In this document: positions 48,742 through 60,000 of the stretch, piece by piece
Numbering within the stretch: the stretch's first letter is position 1
Layout of the letters: the number at the start of each line of letters is the position of its first letter
Assembly (NCBI GenBank): GCA_965279035.1
Contig: OZ257142.1
Span: forward strand, 3,584,001-3,648,000
Direction: 5' to 3'
Origin: Bacteroidia bacterium
GTDB taxonomy: Bacteria > Bacteroidota > Bacteroidia > M30B66
DNA: 64,000 nt
Program-made: the position numbers and the translations under genes
Notes under the pieces: generated by a model
Told to the model about the DNA's origin: nothing
Database searches by the model: none
The model's input: the letters and a program-made list of their open reading frames with translations, nothing else

Positions 48742-50021
48742 ATTGGAGTGAACGCGACCAGGCTGTAATCTGGCACCCATTTACACAAGCACAAACAGCA
48801 GCAGAGCCTATTGCCATTGTGAAAGCAGAAGGTATTTGGTTGTATGCCGAAGATGGAAAACGATATTTAGATGCAACATCTAGTTGGTGGGTGAATGCTC
48901 ATGGTCATGCTCACCCATACATTGCAGAACAAATTTTCAAACAAGCTTCCACTCTTGAACACATCATTTTCGCAGGTTTTACGCATGAACCAGCCATTCT
49001 GCTAGCCGAAAAACTGATACGACTTCTACCCGGTGACCAAGCTCGGATATTTTATTCCGACAATGGTTCTACTAGTGTAGAAGTTGCTTTAAAAATGGCC
49101 TTGCAGTATCATCATAACCGAGGGCAGAATAGAAGAAAAATCATTTCGTTTAGCAATGCCTATCATGGCGATACGTTTGGAGCGATGTCGGTTGGGGCGA
49201 GAAATGCTTTTAATGCGCCATTTGAACCCTTGTTGTTTGAGGTTTTAAGTATTCAACCTCCAGAAAAAGGTCTAGAAGAAAGTTGCATAGCACACATGGA
49301 AAAATTACTGGCAGATGATCAAATAGCTGCCTTTATTTTCGAGCCTTTGGTGCAAGGTGCAAATGGAATGCGCATGCATGATTCGGAATCACTGAGTCGC
49401 CTTATTGAATTATGTCGGTCCAAAGGAATAATTACCATAGCTGATGAGGTTTTTACAGGATTTTACCGAACGGGAAAACGCTTTGCCTGTGATCATCTTT
49501 CGGTTCAACCCGATATCATGTGTATGTCGAAGACACTAACTGGTGGTACTTTACCCTTAGGTGTTACTGCTGCTCCTGAATTTATTTATGAGGCTTTTTT
49601 AAGTGATGATAAATACAAAACATTCTTCCACGGACATTCCTTTACGGCTAATCCAATTGCATGTCGGTCAGCTTTGGCTTCGTTAGAATTATTTGATAAT
49701 TCAAGTTGTATAGAAAATATCCAACGCATTGTAGAGGCTCATTTAGAATTTGCAGAAGAGTTATACGGAAATAGTTCAATAGAAGAAATTCGAATCCTAG
49801 GAACGATACTCGCAATTGAATTAAAAACGGTTGATGAACGGGGTTATATGAATCCTATTTCGGAACGATTGACCCGTTTTTTCCTTGAACAAGGAATCTA
49901 TTTACGTCCATTGGGAAATGTGTTGTATGTAACACCACCTTATTGTATTCAAAAAGCTGAATTAGCTAGTATTTATTCTGCTATTCGTGAATGCTTGAAT
50001 AATTTTTTGGTAAACAGTTGA
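48738..50021 (+). CDS. bioA: Adenosylmethionine-8-amino-7-oxononanoate aminotransferase
   Basis: 'IWHPFTQ', 'SSWWVNAHGH', 'DNGSTSVEVALK', 'YHGDT', 'DEVFTGF.RTG', 'LRPLGN'. Confidence 0.95.
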   Translation: MNWSERDQAVIWHPFTQAQTAAEPIAIVKAEGIWLYAEDGKRYLDATSSWWVNAHGHAHPYIAEQIFKQASTLEHIIFAGFTHEPAILLAEKLIRLLPGDQARIFYSDNGSTSVEVALKMALQYHHNRGQNRRKIISFSNAYHGDTFGAMSVGARNAFNAPFEPLLFEVLSIQPPEKGLEESCIAHMEKLLADDQIAAFIFEPLVQGANGMRMHDSESLSRLIELCRSKGIITIADEVFTGFYRTGKRFACDHLSVQPDIMCMSKTLTGGTLPLGVTAAPEFIYEAFLSDDKYKTFFHGHSFTANPIACRSALASLELFDNSSCIENIQRIVEAHLEFAEELYGNSSIEEIRILGTILAIELKTVDERGYMNPISERLTRFFLEQGIYLRPLGNVLYVTPPYCIQKAELASIYSAIRECLNNFLVNS

Positions 50022-50040
50022 TTGAATTAATTTTGAATGC

Positions 50041-50601
50041 ATGAAAAAGGACCAATTCGAAAGCGAGCGAATCAGTGTAAATGAAAGCCCTGAACAACTC
50101 GAAATTGTTATCAGTGGCAAGGTTCCACAAAATCAATTTGTCATGCTGAGTGTTTGGCTTATAGCATGGACCTTTGCTGGTGGATATGTGATATCTCAAT
50201 TATTCTCGAATTTACCGGGCAATACACGTATTTTCATGTTTGTGTGGTTGGTGTTCTGGTTTTATTTTGAATTTAAAGTTGGCTCAGCTTGGCTTTGGAG
50301 AAAATATGGAAGAGAAGTTTTACGTATACGCGCAGATAAAACTGAACTTCGTTTTGAATTAGCCTATGGTGGCAGAGGTTTCGAATTTAATACACCTGAA
50401 ATTCGAAACCTGAGTAATATGGAGCAACAGAAAGGACTATTTGTAAAGAACTATTTTTCTTCATTTTGGGTGATTGGTGGAGAAACTATTGGGTTCTATT
50501 ATCAAGGGAAATTGCATTTATTGGGAAGACAGATCAGTCAGAAAGACACCGAACTATTAATGCAAAAAATTGGGCATCGATTAAAGAAATGGGCGCCATG
50601 A
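50041..50601 (+). CDS. Hypothetical membrane protein with two TM helices
   Basis: Two Trp/Phe-rich hydrophobic helices followed by a soluble domain. Co-oriented with bioA. Confidence 0.65.
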   Translation: MKKDQFESERISVNESPEQLEIVISGKVPQNQFVMLSVWLIAWTFAGGYVISQLFSNLPGNTRIFMFVWLVFWFYFEFKVGSAWLWRKYGREVLRIRADKTELRFELAYGGRGFEFNTPEIRNLSNMEQQKGLFVKNYFSSFWVIGGETIGFYYQGKLHLLGRQISQKDTELLMQKIGHRLKKWAP

Positions 50602-50742
50602 GTATTAATCTAATAGTATTAGGAATTAATTCTAAAAATGTCCTTGCCTAAAATAGGTTGACTTTTTATTATCACTTTCTACTTTGTTAAAGTAGTTTAT
50701 TGTTTGTTGTTTTAAGTTTCTTTTTTGGTTCTTTTTTCTTTG

Positions 50743-51609
50743 TTAAGAAGTTGTATTTCTGTTGATATTTCCTGAATTCCAGTTATATATGGTCATAGAA
50801 GGATTTTGATTTCTTTGGTTATTCACTTTTTCATATTCAGTAGGTGTTAGCATGCCTAATTCACTGTGTGGTCGTTCATTATTGTAAAGATCCATTGCCT
50901 TTTTTGCCATCTCATTGAGATTGCTTTTGGTTAGATTCCATTGAAGTAAGTACTCGTTTTTTATGATGCCATTTATTCGTTCAACATAAGCATTTTCTTG
51001 TGCTATTGACGCCATACTGATTCGTATTCCTTTGCTTTTTAGCATCTCTTTATGCATCGTGCTGATGTATTGTGAACCTCGATCAGAATGAAAAATGCAA
51101 TTATCTAAATCGTGCCCTTTCCTTATTTTAAAGGCTTTTCTAAGTGCTTTGATATTTTCCTCCGCTCTTAAGCTTGGAGACAGATGTAGAGCTAATAAGC
51201 GCCTTGAATAGACATCTTCAATACAGATTCCATAATGATGTGCATGCTCTACATCGAGATAAAATATGTCAGATTGCCAAAGCATATTCACATCATTAAT
51301 CGTTATTCCATTTATCAGATTGTCATATATCTCAACGCGTTGAGACCAAGTCGTTCGTATTGGATTTCTCTTCTTCTTAACCTTATATCCGTACCTAAAA
51401 CCAATCCGCTCAAAAGCATCCCTACCTATTGGATGGCGTTGTGGATCCATAAAATAGATCTTTCTACAACCCATTTGGCGATGATTATGACGCACTTTTG
51501 ATATGTAACGAACGATACTTTCTTCCACCTTTAATTGGTCGCGACTTCGTCTTTCACTCTTCCAAAGTGCTTGCTTACTAAGGCCTGCCACTTCTAACAG
51601 ACTCTTCAT
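50743..51609 (-). CDS. IS3-family transposase OrfB (DDE integrase core)
   Basis: 'WQSDIFY', 'DVYSR', 'FHSDRGSQY', 'ENAYVERINGIIKNE', 'YNNERPHSELG'. Confidence 0.92.
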   Translation of the reverse strand: MKSLLEVAGLSKQALWKSERRSRDQLKVEESIVRYISKVRHNHRQMGCRKIYFMDPQRHPIGRDAFERIGFRYGYKVKKKRNPIRTTWSQRVEIYDNLINGITINDVNMLWQSDIFYLDVEHAHHYGICIEDVYSRRLLALHLSPSLRAEENIKALRKAFKIRKGHDLDNCIFHSDRGSQYISTMHKEMLKSKGIRISMASIAQENAYVERINGIIKNEYLLQWNLTKSNLNEMAKKAMDLYNNERPHSELGMLTPTEYEKVNNQRNQNPSMTIYNWNSGNINRNTTS

Positions 51610-51679
51610 TTTGTACCCGTGCTTTTGTCCTTTTGTGGATCGGAACCAGAGTAAGGCTGGTTTAATAAATTTTTTTTTA

Positions 51680-52646
51680 TTGAATTAGTAGTTTAGTCAA
51701 TATTGATTTCTTTAATAATTTAGGGCAATCAAAAGATACAATATGAATGCACAATTTAAAAGCCTTTCATTATTTGATTTTCAGGCTCAGTTTCCAAATG
51801 AAGAAAGTTGCTACGCATATTTGGCAAATTTGAAATGGTCAAATGGTTATTCCTGTCGACGATGTAAGAACAAAAACTTTTGTAAAGGCGTTAGTCTTTA
51901 CGAGCGGCAATGCACTGTTTGCAGGCATTTAGAATCGCCAACATCTGGAACACTGTTTCACAAATGTAAATTTTCAATTCTGAAGGCTTTTTATATTGTT
52001 TTCTATGTATCAACTAGCAAGAAAGGAATAAGCAGTACTGAGCTAAGTAGAAAGCTTGATTTGGGGCAGAAGACTTGTTGGTTGTTTAAACAAAAGGTTA
52101 TGAATGCAATGAAAAGCAGTAAGAAAAATCCAATGAAAGGGAAAGTTGATGTTGATGAAACATATGTTGGAGGACAAGATGATAAATCCATTGGAAGAAA
52201 TGAAGGAAAGAAAAAAGTTGTAGTTCTAGCCATTGAAAAGAAATCAAGAGGTGTATCAAGATTCTATGGAAAAGTTGTGGCGACAGCTAACAGAAAGAAT
52301 TTGAGTGAATTTATGAGGGATCATATTGCTCCCAATGCGAATGTTAGAACTGATAAATGGGCTGGATATAAAGGCTTGGAGTCTGAATTTCCGAACCTAA
52401 TTCAAGAAAAGTCTGAGAAGAAAGGAAGGAATTTTAAAGAACTCCATCGAACAATAATGATGTTTAAAGCTTGGCTTAGAGGTGTCCATCATTCTGTTAG
52501 ACATTTACAGCCTTATATTGATGAGTATACATATCGATTTAACAGGCATAAAATGAATGAAGGAATCTTCGAAAATCTAATGATGAGAATGGTAAAAGCA
52601 GAACCATATACTTATAAAATGATTATTGCTTAAATGACTAATTCAA
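51680..52646 (+). mobile_element. IS1595-family insertion sequence (967 bp)
   Basis: IRs TTGAATTAGTAGTTTAGTCAATA / TATTGCTTAAATGACTAATTCAA (19/23 match). 8-bp target duplication TTTTTTTA at 51672-51679 and 52647-52654. Confidence 0.9.
51743..52633 (+). CDS. IS1595-family transposase
   Basis: Zn ribbon (CRRC...CTVC), 'KKGISSTELSR', 'VDVDETYVGG', 'VRTD', 'YIDEYTYRFNR'. Confidence 0.93.
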   Translation: MNAQFKSLSLFDFQAQFPNEESCYAYLANLKWSNGYSCRRCKNKNFCKGVSLYERQCTVCRHLESPTSGTLFHKCKFSILKAFYIVFYVSTSKKGISSTELSRKLDLGQKTCWLFKQKVMNAMKSSKKNPMKGKVDVDETYVGGQDDKSIGRNEGKKKVVVLAIEKKSRGVSRFYGKVVATANRKNLSEFMRDHIAPNANVRTDKWAGYKGLESEFPNLIQEKSEKKGRNFKELHRTIMMFKAWLRGVHHSVRHLQPYIDEYTYRFNRHKMNEGIFENLMMRMVKAEPYTYKMIIA

Positions 52647-53003
52647 TTTTTTTAAATCAGTTTGGAACTCCTCATTTGCTAACTCAATGACCTTGCTCAA
52701 TAAATCAAGTTCCATCTGTTTTCGGCCCAATGCGGCTTCCAATTCACGGATGCGCTGCTCAAGCTCTTTGCTTTTGTATGATTCGCTTTGCTCTTCCACT
52801 ACTAAGATTTTTCCTCTTTTCAAATATCGACTATATTGATAAATCCATCGATAAACTGAAGTTATTGTTACTCCTAGTTCCTGGGCTACTTTAGATACTG
52901 AAGCCACTCCGGATTCAATATCCTTAACTGTTTGACGCTTTAATTCTTCACTAAAAACTCTTCGTGGCCGAATTACTTCTTTGCGATTTAAATGCTTTTT
53001 CAT
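52638..53003 (-). pseudogene. IS3 OrfA (HTH plus leucine zipper), C-terminus displaced by the IS1595
   Basis: 'RRVFSEELK...VAQELGV...VYRWI', 'LEQRIRELEAALG'. The original tail NLLNQPYSGSDPQKDKSTGTK* lies at 51606-51671. Confidence 0.85.
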
Positions 53004-53358
53004 GTCCCGTTTTTTAAGTTGATTTTGGTCAACCTATTTCAGTCACGGACAAAAAAATTATGACTTAAATGCGCTACAAAACCCAAGTACCAATTGCTTT
53101 GGCATAGGATTGAATTCGATGTTAGTCAAATGACATTTTCTTATTTGATGATTAAAATATATAAAGGAAAATGATTGTAAAAATTATTAATCTAAGATTG
53201 AAAAGTCAAAACTGCTCTTGATGTTTAATTGAAAAAATAATTTTCTAAAAGTTTATAGAAAAACCTTGATTTTATATTTTCCGTGAAGTCCTTGAAGGAT
53301 TTATTACATTAATTAGATATTAAATTTCTATATTTAGAACCCTATTTAATCTACCAAC

Positions 53359-56300
53359 ATGGCTAAACGCTACTTATTAGTCGTATTTGTAATTTTATGT
53401 GCTTGTTTAGGAAGTACTGCTCAAACACCTTTTTGGTTAAAAAATGCAAACGGACCAGGAAATGATGAAATACTTGATATTGTTGAATCACAGAGTGATT
53501 ATTATGTAACTGGCTATTATTCTAATGTAGCAACTTTTGATGCTACAACATTATATCCACAAGATGGAGGAGAAGCTTTTGTTGCAAAATTAAACCAGAA
53601 TGGGAACTTCATTTGGGCTAAACGCATTGGAGGAACTAATACCGATCGAGGAATAGCAATTTCACTAATGCCCAATGGGAATGTTGTAGTTACAGGTCAT
53701 TTCGTTGGAGATATTTCAATAGACAATGTTTCATTATCATCGAGTGGAATTTCACAAGATATCTTCATTGCTTGTTTTAGCTCATCTGGAACTATTCTAT
53801 GGCTTAAGAAAATTGGTGGATTAGGAATCGATATAGTTTCTGATATTAAATGTGATAGCCTTAATAATGTATTGGTTACAGGTCAATTTATTGGAAAAAT
53901 AATTTTAGGTTCTGATACACTTATTTCCGGTATTAATCCAATAACAGAAGATTATTCTTACGATATTTTCATTGCAAAAATGAATTCTTCTGGAGTTGGT
54001 CTATGGTCAAAACACGCAAAAACTAAAAAGAATGATCGAAGCGGAAAAATTGCTGTTGGAGCAGATAACTCTGTCTTTGTTAGTGGCAATTTTACCGATA
54101 CTTTGACACTAGGTAATACCTATAATAATAACAGTTTGAATATGGGTTTCATTGTCCATTATTCTGATAGTGGAGAGCATCTTTGGTTTAGAAGAGTTCA
54201 GAGTTCAGTAACAGAAATTATGGATATTGCCTGTACAGATAGTTTACTTTATATGACAGGTAGTTATTCTGGAATTCAACGATTCGCAAATGATGAAACT
54301 ATTAGTAGTTGGCAAAATGTAAGTCCTAATTCTTATACAAATAAGTATTATGTAGCTGCATATAATTATCAAGGCATTTTACAATTCTCTTTATCAGAAG
54401 GCTCTGCGAATCTTGCAAAACCAAAAGCAATTTGTCCAATTTCGGGAGGTGGTTTTTATTTGACAGGAGAATTTGAATGTCAACATACTCTCTATCAATT
54501 TGCATATGGTACTGGCTTGTATATAAGTAGAGGCTATAAAGACTTATTTGTATCTGCTTTTTCATCATCAAATTCAAGAATTTGGGCCAAACAAATAGGA
54601 GGTGTAGGAGTTGATGAAGTAAATTCGATGGCAATTAATTCATATGGCAATCCTGTTTTTGCAGGAAGTTTCACCAATTCCATTGCAAGCCCAGCAAAAA
54701 ATTCATGGGGAAACAAACCTTGGTACAATCATTTTACGACGAATTACGGACCTGGAATTTATTATGAGGGGGGCCCAATTATGAGCTATTGTGATGATCC
54801 TCAGTATAATTTTTATGCTGTTATTAACAGTCAAGGAAGCAAGGACATTCTTATTGCAAACATAGCTGATACTTCTAGGTCAACGTTAGATATCTTTCGA
54901 CGTTCTCCAAGCGATTCGTGTGATTTATCACCAACTTACGGTTCAATAACAAGTTTTTCAATACAAAGCTGCCAAAATAAAAAGGCCAAAGCGTTAATTT
55001 CCACTGCATCAGCATATATCAGCGGAATTAATTACACCTATAATTGGAACGGAAGCTCTTCTTTATCAAACATATATTCTCCTACTTCATCTGGATATGT
55101 GATAGGAACAGTTTCTGGGGCTAATACGTGTTATCATTTCACAGATAGTGTTTTAATAAATCTTTATCCAATTATTCCTACACCTCAAGTAACAATTACG
55201 GGAGGGAACTTTACTTATACAAATCAATCTACTTTATGCAATAGGAGTTTATATGTAAATCCTGATTCAATAATAACTTTAACAGGAAATATTCCACCTC
55301 TCGATTTTAATTATTCTTGGCATTTACCAAATAATACCATTCAAACTTCGAATGTTTTAGTAATTACAGACACACCTCTTGGAACGTACTATTATGTAAT
55401 TACAGATACTTTAAGTGGATGTTCAAAAAGTTATTGCTTTACTCTTTTATACCCCGACACGACTACGGGCGGAGGCAGTGGCGGAAACCCTTACGTTTTT
55501 AAATTCAGACAAGGTTCAAGATTACTTGAAGAAGGAGATACATTATTCGGTTGCATAAATGATATACTTGAACTTACATTAGTTAATGCAATTGACACAA
55601 ACAATATAGTTGATGCGGTTGTTCCATTTTATGGAAATTGGGCATGTTCAAATGCTAATTCTATTATTGTTGATCCCGACATTAGTACTTTAAGCTCACA
55701 TTTTAAATCTATTCAACTGCTATCGGATACCTTATTAAACGGCATTCAAAGTATTGGAATAGATTTCCACCTTGGTAATTATCAAAACCCCGCTTTTAGT
55801 TTTAGCCAACAATATTATATTCATATTTATCCTCAGCCTACTTTTCCATATTCATTAACTGGAAATTTAGAAAGTATTTGTCCTGGCGATACTGCAACAT
55901 TTACTTTGGAAACTGACTTAAATTACGATTTAAATTTAATTCCATCTATAAATACAATTATTACTCAAGAGCCCTTTTCATTTTATACCGTTTTCCCTCA
56001 AGATTATTATATAACGTTTTATGATACTACTGATATGGGATGCTTTGCCACGAAAGGGCGAAATTTTTCAATGTCATTTTTTCAAGCACCTCCCATTACA
56101 GTAAATCCAAGCAATGGAGTTGTTTGCAATGATGAGAATGTACTACTTACAATTCCTGGAGCTACTGAAATTCTTTGGATAGGTCCATCTGGAGACACAC
56201 TTTCAAATGAACTACAGTACACCACAAATATTCCAGGACTTTATTTTGGGAAAATAGTTGATATTCATGGATGTGATTTAATTACAAATACAGTAAATAT

Positions 56301-59300
56301 TCGAAATCGAAGTTCATTCGGATATGAATTAAGTCCATTAAGCATTTGCCCTGGTGAAACGGCCGAAATTCGACTATTTGCGCTCGAAGGAGATAATATA
56401 AGTTGGTTACCACCATTTTCTGGAAGCAGCCTAATTCAAACTGCAAATGCACCAGGAATATACCGGTTTACTGCACCATTATGCGGCATAATTGATACAT
56501 TCGACGTAATTGTTCCGGGTCCATTAATTTACGCAGAAATTGATAGCACTGAAACCTCCATTTGTCCTGGTGAAACCATAACACTCTCTTCTGTGAATTC
56601 AAGTGGAGTAAACTTAACTTGGTTCTATAATTACTCTACTGATTCTGAAATTGAAGTCACTGAAGGAGGAGACTATATCTTACAATTAACAGATGAGAAC
56701 TCCTGCGCTACATATGATACAGTTACGATTATTCAATTAATAGCTCCTGAACCACCTATTTTACCTGCATACTCCTACTATTGTGGAATTGATTCAATTC
56801 AATTAATTAGTCCATCTGGAGATTCAATCGCTTGGTTTCTTGGAAATGAACAAGTTGCTTTTGGCACCGAATATAATTTGTATCAAGTACACTCAGATTC
56901 AACACTATTCATTGCCAATTACAGCAATATAACAGGTTGTAATAGCCAATTAATGGAATATCCAATTGATATGAGAAGGTATTTAGAGGTTCCACTTGAT
57001 GATTCACTTTTTACTATTTGTCAAGGAGATCAATTCAGTATTCAAGTGAATCCAAGTACATATGGTGCTGCTGTTTATCATTTATTAATTCAATTGCCTA
57101 GTGGTCAAATAAATATTTCTGATTCTCTTTATACTATTCCTCATGTAAATCTTAGTAATTCAGGTGAATATCTCTTGGTTTTCGAAGGAGATACAACTGA
57201 ATATTGTCGTCCAGATACTGTTCGATATACTTTAAATGTATTGCCTGTTCCTCAACTATCCATTTTATCAAGTAATGAGTTTTTGTGTTCCGATGAAACT
57301 GTAAGCTTCTGGGTAGAAACCGACTCGGCTATTGTAGATCGATTTTGGTCGTTTTCTAGTCTGCAGGAATATCAAGACACAATTACCATTGTGAATAGTT
57401 CATTATCTGGTCCAGAACTTATAATTCAATATCAAGCTTCATTACAAAATGGTTGTAGTATTAACTTAATAGATACAATTCTACGTGGTGTTAGGCCACC
57501 TGATCCATATTTTAATGATTCCCTTATTGCTTGTAGTGGTGATACAGTTTCACTGATTTTGCCTGATAACCAAACTGCTCTTTGGTTTATCGGACCAAAT
57601 CAAGTTACTCCAACACCAGTTAATACTTATCAATTTAATTCCTACGTAAATCATCCGGTAATAACTGTTTTCAATTCCGATTTAAATGGTGTTTGCCCTT
57701 CAACTAGTGATACAATCCCTGTTTTGGTAAAGCCAAGAGTTAACATACCCAATATCAACAATATTGAACTCTGTCCGGAAGTGCCTCATACATTTTATTT
57801 CAATCCCACCAACTATAATGTAGGAAGTTTCTATTGGAAAGACATGATTGCCGATACTATACTTGGTACTAACATAAATCAATTAACTGTGCCTCCTATT
57901 CAGACAACGATTGGTTTATTTGCATTTCCAAATCAAATTAGTTGTGGAGCTGATAGCACCATCTTTTCTGTTACTGTTCAAACTCTACCAATTGTTACTA
58001 TTAGCTCTTTTCAAAACGACACGATTTGTTTAAATAATGGAGCTCCTTATTCCTCTTCAACCTCAAGCTTAGTCTATAGTTCTTCGGTTTATTTAAATGG
58101 AAGCAACTCAACTATAAGTACTTGTTATAATTGTACTTCAAATAATTTTATACTAGCTAATTCATTAGTTAACGGACTACAAGTTGGACAAAATACCATA
58201 CGAACAAGGATCTATACTTCAGGTTTCTGTATAATTGAACAAATTGACACATTCGAGGTACTTTCACCCCCAATACCAAATTTTTCAATGGAGGATATAT
58301 GGGTTTGTGTTGGTGATACTATTCAATTACAACCCCCATCAACGGAACTTTTCGATTGGGTAGAAATGAATTTATTTAGTTATTTAACGAATTCGTTTTC
58401 GGGCTTGCCAATTCCATTTGAAGTATATGGTTCGGCTGTCAATTCAATTAGTTATATAGTTGAATCGAATAATCCAAGCATTTATATTAATTCAGTTGAT
58501 CCAATAAGTTTGTGTAGGAGTGATTTTTATCAAATTCCTATCTATGTAAAACCAACAATGGATTTGCCTCTTTTTACAGATCATTCTATTTGTGAAAATG
58601 ATTCTTTGCTTTTTGGGTTTTCACCTAACAATGAATTAATTGGAAATTACCAATGGACTTTACCTAATGGAAGTTTTTCACAAGACACCAATTTTGTAAT
58701 TCATGGCAATGATTCCCTAGCAATGGGACACTATGAACTACTTGCTTATGCTAGTGAAGCAAGCTGCGGTGTTGATTCAGCACAATTCACTTTGGTAAGT
58801 AATGAAATCCCAATTGTTGAATTTGTAATTGATTCCTTTCAAGTTTGTACGGATAGACCATGGATTATACAGGCCAACTTAACAACAAATGCTCAAATTG
58901 ATTGGAGCTATAATGGAAATACGAGTCAAAACAATCCACTAATAATTAATTTATCAAGTTTTGTAGAAGACAGCCTATTGATCTCTGGTGTTTTTACAAC
59001 ACCTCAAGGATGTGTGGTAAATAAATCAGTAAAAATTGCTGTTTATCCAAGCCCAGAAATTCCTTCTCTTACAATTCCAACTACAACTTGTGCTGAAGAC
59101 ACTATTTTTCTTACGTTGAATAATCTTCTTCAAGCCGATCAACAATTTTATTATGAATCGAATGTAGTTTTTGGAGAAAATGGAAATCAATATTCTTATA
59201 TAACTACGTGGTCTGATACCGCGATTAATTTACTCAGTTATATCTATACAGACCATTGTATTTCTGACACTTTAATAAATACATTTAAAGTGCATCAATT

Positions 59301-60000
59301 ACCCATATTCAATTTAGGTAATGATTCTTTATTGTTTTGTTTAGGAGTTGGGACTCAACTTGATGGTCCTTCTGGATATAGTTCCTACCTGTGGAATACG
59401 GGTCAAACTGATGAAGATATTCAAGCTCTTCAAACTGGAACATATTCGCTATTTGTTACGGATAATCAAGGTTGTTTATTTACGGATACCATTTTTGTTA
59501 TCGGTGAATGGCCATTTTTTGATTTACCAAATGATACGCTCGACTTTTGTTTTAGTAATCCTTTGTTAGTGAATGCCCCAAGTGGTTTCGATGCATATCA
59601 ATGGAGTAATGGTGATACTCTTAGCTCTATAAAAATTGCTGAAACAGGAGAGTATATTCTCATTATTACTGATGCAAACGGATGTTCTTTTTCTGATACA
59701 CTCTATGCGCTTGGTGGCGATTGTGAAGTGAAAAATCAGAATAATGTTTTTACTCCAAATGGAGATGGTATTAATGACAAATTCACCATAAATCCATTTG
59801 GAATGCACTCATATAAAATGGTGATTCATGATCGTTGGGGAAAATATATTAATACTGTTTACAGTACTGAATCTGGATGGGATGGTAAAGATCAGTATGG
59901 TCAAGACATGCTCGAGGGTGTTTACTATTTCGTTGCCACCGTTGAATATATTAATGTTACCAGCGAAGAAATAAAAGGAATGATTCAATTATTGAAGTAA
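53359..60000 (+). CDS. Large secreted protein: N-terminal beta-propeller (SBBP-like) repeats, Ig-like repeats, T9SS type B C-terminal domain
   Basis: 'YVTG', 'DIFIAK', 'WAKRIGG' repeats; 'ICPGET' and 'YLWNTG' Ig-like repeats; 'NVFTPNGDGIND.F...DRWG...WDG...GVYYF'. Confidence 0.88.
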   Translation: MAKRYLLVVFVILCACLGSTAQTPFWLKNANGPGNDEILDIVESQSDYYVTGYYSNVATFDATTLYPQDGGEAFVAKLNQNGNFIWAKRIGGTNTDRGIAISLMPNGNVVVTGHFVGDISIDNVSLSSSGISQDIFIACFSSSGTILWLKKIGGLGIDIVSDIKCDSLNNVLVTGQFIGKIILGSDTLISGINPITEDYSYDIFIAKMNSSGVGLWSKHAKTKKNDRSGKIAVGADNSVFVSGNFTDTLTLGNTYNNNSLNMGFIVHYSDSGEHLWFRRVQSSVTEIMDIACTDSLLYMTGSYSGIQRFANDETISSWQNVSPNSYTNKYYVAAYNYQGILQFSLSEGSANLAKPKAICPISGGGFYLTGEFECQHTLYQFAYGTGLYISRGYKDLFVSAFSSSNSRIWAKQIGGVGVDEVNSMAINSYGNPVFAGSFTNSIASPAKNSWGNKPWYNHFTTNYGPGIYYEGGPIMSYCDDPQYNFYAVINSQGSKDILIANIADTSRSTLDIFRRSPSDSCDLSPTYGSITSFSIQSCQNKKAKALISTASAYISGINYTYNWNGSSSLSNIYSPTSSGYVIGTVSGANTCYHFTDSVLINLYPIIPTPQVTITGGNFTYTNQSTLCNRSLYVNPDSIITLTGNIPPLDFNYSWHLPNNTIQTSNVLVITDTPLGTYYYVITDTLSGCSKSYCFTLLYPDTTTGGGSGGNPYVFKFRQGSRLLEEGDTLFGCINDILELTLVNAIDTNNIVDAVVPFYGNWACSNANSIIVDPDISTLSSHFKSIQLLSDTLLNGIQSIGIDFHLGNYQNPAFSFSQQYYIHIYPQPTFPYSLTGNLESICPGDTATFTLETDLNYDLNLIPSINTIITQEPFSFYTVFPQDYYITFYDTTDMGCFATKGRNFSMSFFQAPPITVNPSNGVVCNDENVLLTIPGATEILWIGPSGDTLSNELQYTTNIPGLYFGKIVDIHGCDLITNTVNIRNRSSFGYELSPLSICPGETAEIRLFALEGDNISWLPPFSGSSLIQTANAPGIYRFTAPLCGIIDTFDVIVPGPLIYAEIDSTETSICPGETITLSSVNSSGVNLTWFYNYSTDSEIEVTEGGDYILQLTDENSCATYDTVTIIQLIAPEPPILPAYSYYCGIDSIQLISPSGDSIAWFLGNEQVAFGTEYNLYQVHSDSTLFIANYSNITGCNSQLMEYPIDMRRYLEVPLDDSLFTICQGDQFSIQVNPSTYGAAVYHLLIQLPSGQINISDSLYTIPHVNLSNSGEYLLVFEGDTTEYCRPDTVRYTLNVLPVPQLSILSSNEFLCSDETVSFWVETDSAIVDRFWSFSSLQEYQDTITIVNSSLSGPELIIQYQASLQNGCSINLIDTILRGVRPPDPYFNDSLIACSGDTVSLILPDNQTALWFIGPNQVTPTPVNTYQFNSYVNHPVITVFNSDLNGVCPSTSDTIPVLVKPRVNIPNINNIELCPEVPHTFYFNPTNYNVGSFYWKDMIADTILGTNINQLTVPPIQTTIGLFAFPNQISCGADSTIFSVTVQTLPIVTISSFQNDTICLNNGAPYSSSTSSLVYSSSVYLNGSNSTISTCYNCTSNNFILANSLVNGLQVGQNTIRTRIYTSGFCIIEQIDTFEVLSPPIPNFSMEDIWVCVGDTIQLQPPSTELFDWVEMNLFSYLTNSFSGLPIPFEVYGSAVNSISYIVESNNPSIYINSVDPISLCRSDFYQIPIYVKPTMDLPLFTDHSICENDSLLFGFSPNNELIGNYQWTLPNGSFSQDTNFVIHGNDSLAMGHYELLAYASEASCGVDSAQFTLVSNEIPIVEFVIDSFQVCTDRPWIIQANLTTNAQIDWSYNGNTSQNNPLIINLSSFVEDSLLISGVFTTPQGCVVNKSVKIAVYPSPEIPSLTIPTTTCAEDTIFLTLNNLLQADQQFYYESNVVFGENGNQYSYITTWSDTAINLLSYIYTDHCISDTLINTFKVHQLPIFNLGNDSLLFCLGVGTQLDGPSGYSSYLWNTGQTDEDIQALQTGTYSLFVTDNQGCLFTDTIFVIGEWPFFDLPNDTLDFCFSNPLLVNAPSGFDAYQWSNGDTLSSIKIAETGEYILIITDANGCSFSDTLYALGGDCEVKNQNNVFTPNGDGINDKFTINPFGMHSYKMVIHDRWGKYINTVYSTESGWDGKDQYGQDMLEGVYYFVATVEYINVTSEEIKGMIQLLK

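Larger units (their letters stand above)
50639..53051 (-). mobile_element. IS3-family insertion sequence, interrupted by an IS1595
   Basis: Terminal IRs TGTCCTTGCCTAAAATAGGTTGAC (50639) and the reverse complement of TGTCCGTGACTGAAATAGGTTGAC (ending 53051), 21/24 match. TG...CA ends, flanked by A runs, with orfA and orfB. Confidence 0.9.
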
